This document shows positions 35,223-36,994 of a DNA stretch of 36,994 bases, piece by piece. Where the stretch lies: positions 1 to 36,994 of the forward strand of contig JAADHT010000218.1 of NCBI GenBank assembly GCA_013151705.1, given 5' to 3'. Positions within the stretch are counted from its first letter, which is position 1, and every line of letters starts with the position of its first letter. This DNA is from Kiritimatiellota bacterium. GTDB lineage: Bacteria > Verrucomicrobiota > Lentisphaeria > Victivallales > JAADHT01. Position numbers and translations under genes: made by a program. Below the pieces are notes generated by a model. The model was not told the DNA's origin, searched no databases, and saw nothing but the letters and a program-made list of their open reading frames with translations.

Positions 35223-36994
35223 ATGAGAACACCAACTTATGAGATATTGATGGAGCTCGGCGAATATTTTCTCGCGGGATTCCATGAAAACAGGTTCGAC
35301 TCCTATATGAGGCGATTCTGCAAAGCGTTGCTTCTATATGCGAAACACGCCGATGCGGTTGATTACGATGAAACCGCGCTGTTCCCCTCCGGCGGAGCCC
35401 AAATCTGGCGTTTGATTCCCGACTCCAGTGCCGGATTCTCGTATTCATACACGTTTTTCTATGATAGTCCGAAATTTTTGAGAAAAATAGAGACGCTTCA
35501 GGATGAGAGGAAAAAGATATTGATGCGCGGAGTGGATGGCGAGATGACGACAATCGCCTCCATTCACATCGCGCCTCAATACCGTTGCGGCGGAGCCGGA
35601 TACACACATTCCATAATCAACTACGCCCGAGTTCTGAATGACGGACTGGCTGGCTACAGGAGAAGACTCGAGAAAAAACTCGACGATCCGGATGCAAACG
35701 AAGAAAAGGCGGATTTCCACGCATCGCTCCTGCTGGCTCTCGACGCGGTTTCAATTTTGCGCGACAAACATCTAGCGAAACTCAAAAGCGTCAAAAAAAC
35801 TAGTCGAAAACTGAAAAGGTTGATCGTCGCGATGGAAAAGGTTCCCGAGAATCCGGTCGAATCGTTTTACGAAGCGATGGTCGCCACGAATTTCATGTGG
35901 TTTGTGGACGACGGCGACTCAATCGGCCGCTTGGATCAATTTCTGTATCCGTACTACGAGAAAGATTTGGACGCCGGCGTTATTTCCAGAGACGAGGCTG
36001 GGGAATTGTTGAAGGAGTTTTGGCGCTCATTTGATTGCCGGAGCGGATGGCACATGATTTTGGGGGGAAGCCGCGCGGACGGATCAGCCGCGTACCAAGA
36101 TCTTACCCTCCTTTGTCTCGAGACCATCAAGAAATGCCGTCGCCCCAATACGGGGTTGAGAGTAAGGAAGGACATGCCGGAGGAAATTTGGCGGGCGGCG
36201 CTCGACTCGATGGCATCGGGTTGCGGGCATCCTTCGCTATACAACGAGGAGATGTACTCGGAGGGAATAAGGAATATTCTTAAAGTCGACGAAAAAGACG
36301 CGAGCGACTTCGCCTACGGAGGATGCACTGAGATAATGTTTCAGGGCATGTCGAATGTGGGCTCCATCGATTCTGGGCTGAATCTGCTCGAGGTGCTTGA
36401 GAACGAGTTGCCGAGACTGACTGAATTCGACACCTACGACGAATTCCGCGACCATTTCATGAAAAAGGTCGCGAAAGTCGCGGAACTCACAGTCTCACAG
36501 TCGAATTTGAATCAAAAACAGATGGCGTTGTATCGTCCCCAGCCCATAAGGTCTCTTTTCGTTGAGGATTGCATCGAACGCGGCGTGGACTACAACGCCG
36601 GTGGAGCGAGATACAACGGCAGCGTGATAAACGTGATTGGTTTCGCCAACACCATAAATTCGCTATTCACTATCAAAAAGATTTTCGAGGGAGGAATTCC
36701 AATTTCACGTCAAAGTCTTCTCGATGCGGTCAAAGCCGATTTCACCGGTTTCGAAAAAGAGCTTCAGATAATAAAAAACCTTGACAAGCATGGATGCGAC
36801 AACCCGGAAATCAATGATATCGCGTCGAATCTCTCGAATTTCGTGTTCGACGAGATTCTTTCGAGAAGATGCAGCCGCGGCGACGGATTCTGCGTGCCGG
36901 GAACGATAATGTTCGTAACCTACGCCGCCGAGGGAGCTGATATCGGAGCCACTCCCGACGGTCGCCTGGCCTTCTCGCCGATCGCCGACTCGTA
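35223..36994 (+). CDS. Second glycyl radical enzyme (PFL-like), 3'-partial, running off the window edge
   Basis: This open frame is absent from the ORF track because no stop is reached. The ATG at 35223 follows a gagga RBS. Motifs are SIGRLDQFLYPYYEKDL, the thiyl loop DFAYGGCTEIMFQG, GGARYNGS and GATPDGR. The glycyl loop is expected about 300 nt beyond the window. Confidence 0.9.
   Translation, partial: MRTPTYEILMELGEYFLAGFHENRFDSYMRRFCKALLLYAKHADAVDYDETALFPSGGAQIWRLIPDSSAGFSYSYTFFYDSPKFLRKIETLQDERKKILMRGVDGEMTTIASIHIAPQYRCGGAGYTHSIINYARVLNDGLAGYRRRLEKKLDDPDANEEKADFHASLLLALDAVSILRDKHLAKLKSVKKTSRKLKRLIVAMEKVPENPVESFYEAMVATNFMWFVDDGDSIGRLDQFLYPYYEKDLDAGVISRDEAGELLKEFWRSFDCRSGWHMILGGSRADGSAAYQDLTLLCLETIKKCRRPNTGLRVRKDMPEEIWRAALDSMASGCGHPSLYNEEMYSEGIRNILKVDEKDASDFAYGGCTEIMFQGMSNVGSIDSGLNLLEVLENELPRLTEFDTYDEFRDHFMKKVAKVAELTVSQSNLNQKQMALYRPQPIRSLFVEDCIERGVDYNAGGARYNGSVINVIGFANTINSLFTIKKIFEGGIPISRQSLLDAVKADFTGFEKELQIIKNLDKHGCDNPEINDIASNLSNFVFDEILSRRCSRGDGFCVPGTIMFVTYAAEGADIGATPDGRLAFSPIADS

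Noticed and set aside
35097-35607. Minus-strand ORFs 35097-35285 and 35188-35607 in and after the GRE spacer
   Set aside because: The first is composed of the hairpin and inverted-repeat element. The second is antisense to the well-supported GRE-2 reading frame.

Overview
This 37-kb chromosomal window (about 50% GC) comes from a diderm bacterium, shown by WaaG, an ArnT-like transferase and ExbB/ExbD/TonB. Phylum cannot be assigned from the sequence alone.

Layout:
- 1-11.8 kb, mostly housekeeping: vsr, an LbH sugar-nucleotide-type transferase, ispD, pcnB, dapF, dapA, a PSP1/RicT-like gene and a metallophosphoesterase. Several decayed genes are interspersed.
- 11.85-12.5 kb: an SDR gene fragment abutting an IS630 transposase fragment.
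- 12.5-17.0 kb, minus strand: a TPR / ExbB / ExbD / TonB-like operon.
- 17.2-24.7 kb, envelope-modification neighbourhood: SAM methyltransferase, a pseudogene, an ArnT-like GT39/GT83 transferase, an OmpR-family response regulator and histidine kinase, a second metallophosphoesterase and waaG. Two promoters here carry identical PmrA-box-like phased direct repeats.
- 25.66 kb: tRNA-Pro(GGG), followed by about 660 bp of repeat-bearing non-coding DNA.
- 26.4 kb to the right edge: a catabolic island.

The island is the most interesting part. It holds an Fe-alcohol dehydrogenase, a class II aldolase, a PHP phosphoesterase, a DeoC-type aldolase and an FGGY kinase, then iclR, then two divergent, unusually compact glycyl radical enzymes in tandem. 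The two are separated by a 200-bp structured inverted-repeat element. No activase is visible before the window ends.

A 21-bp motif, GAGCCA(G/A)TTGCAAAAGTCTGA, recurs five times in intergenic DNA, once as a complete 106-bp inverted-repeat element.

All functional calls rest on motif recognition by eye. No database search was run.
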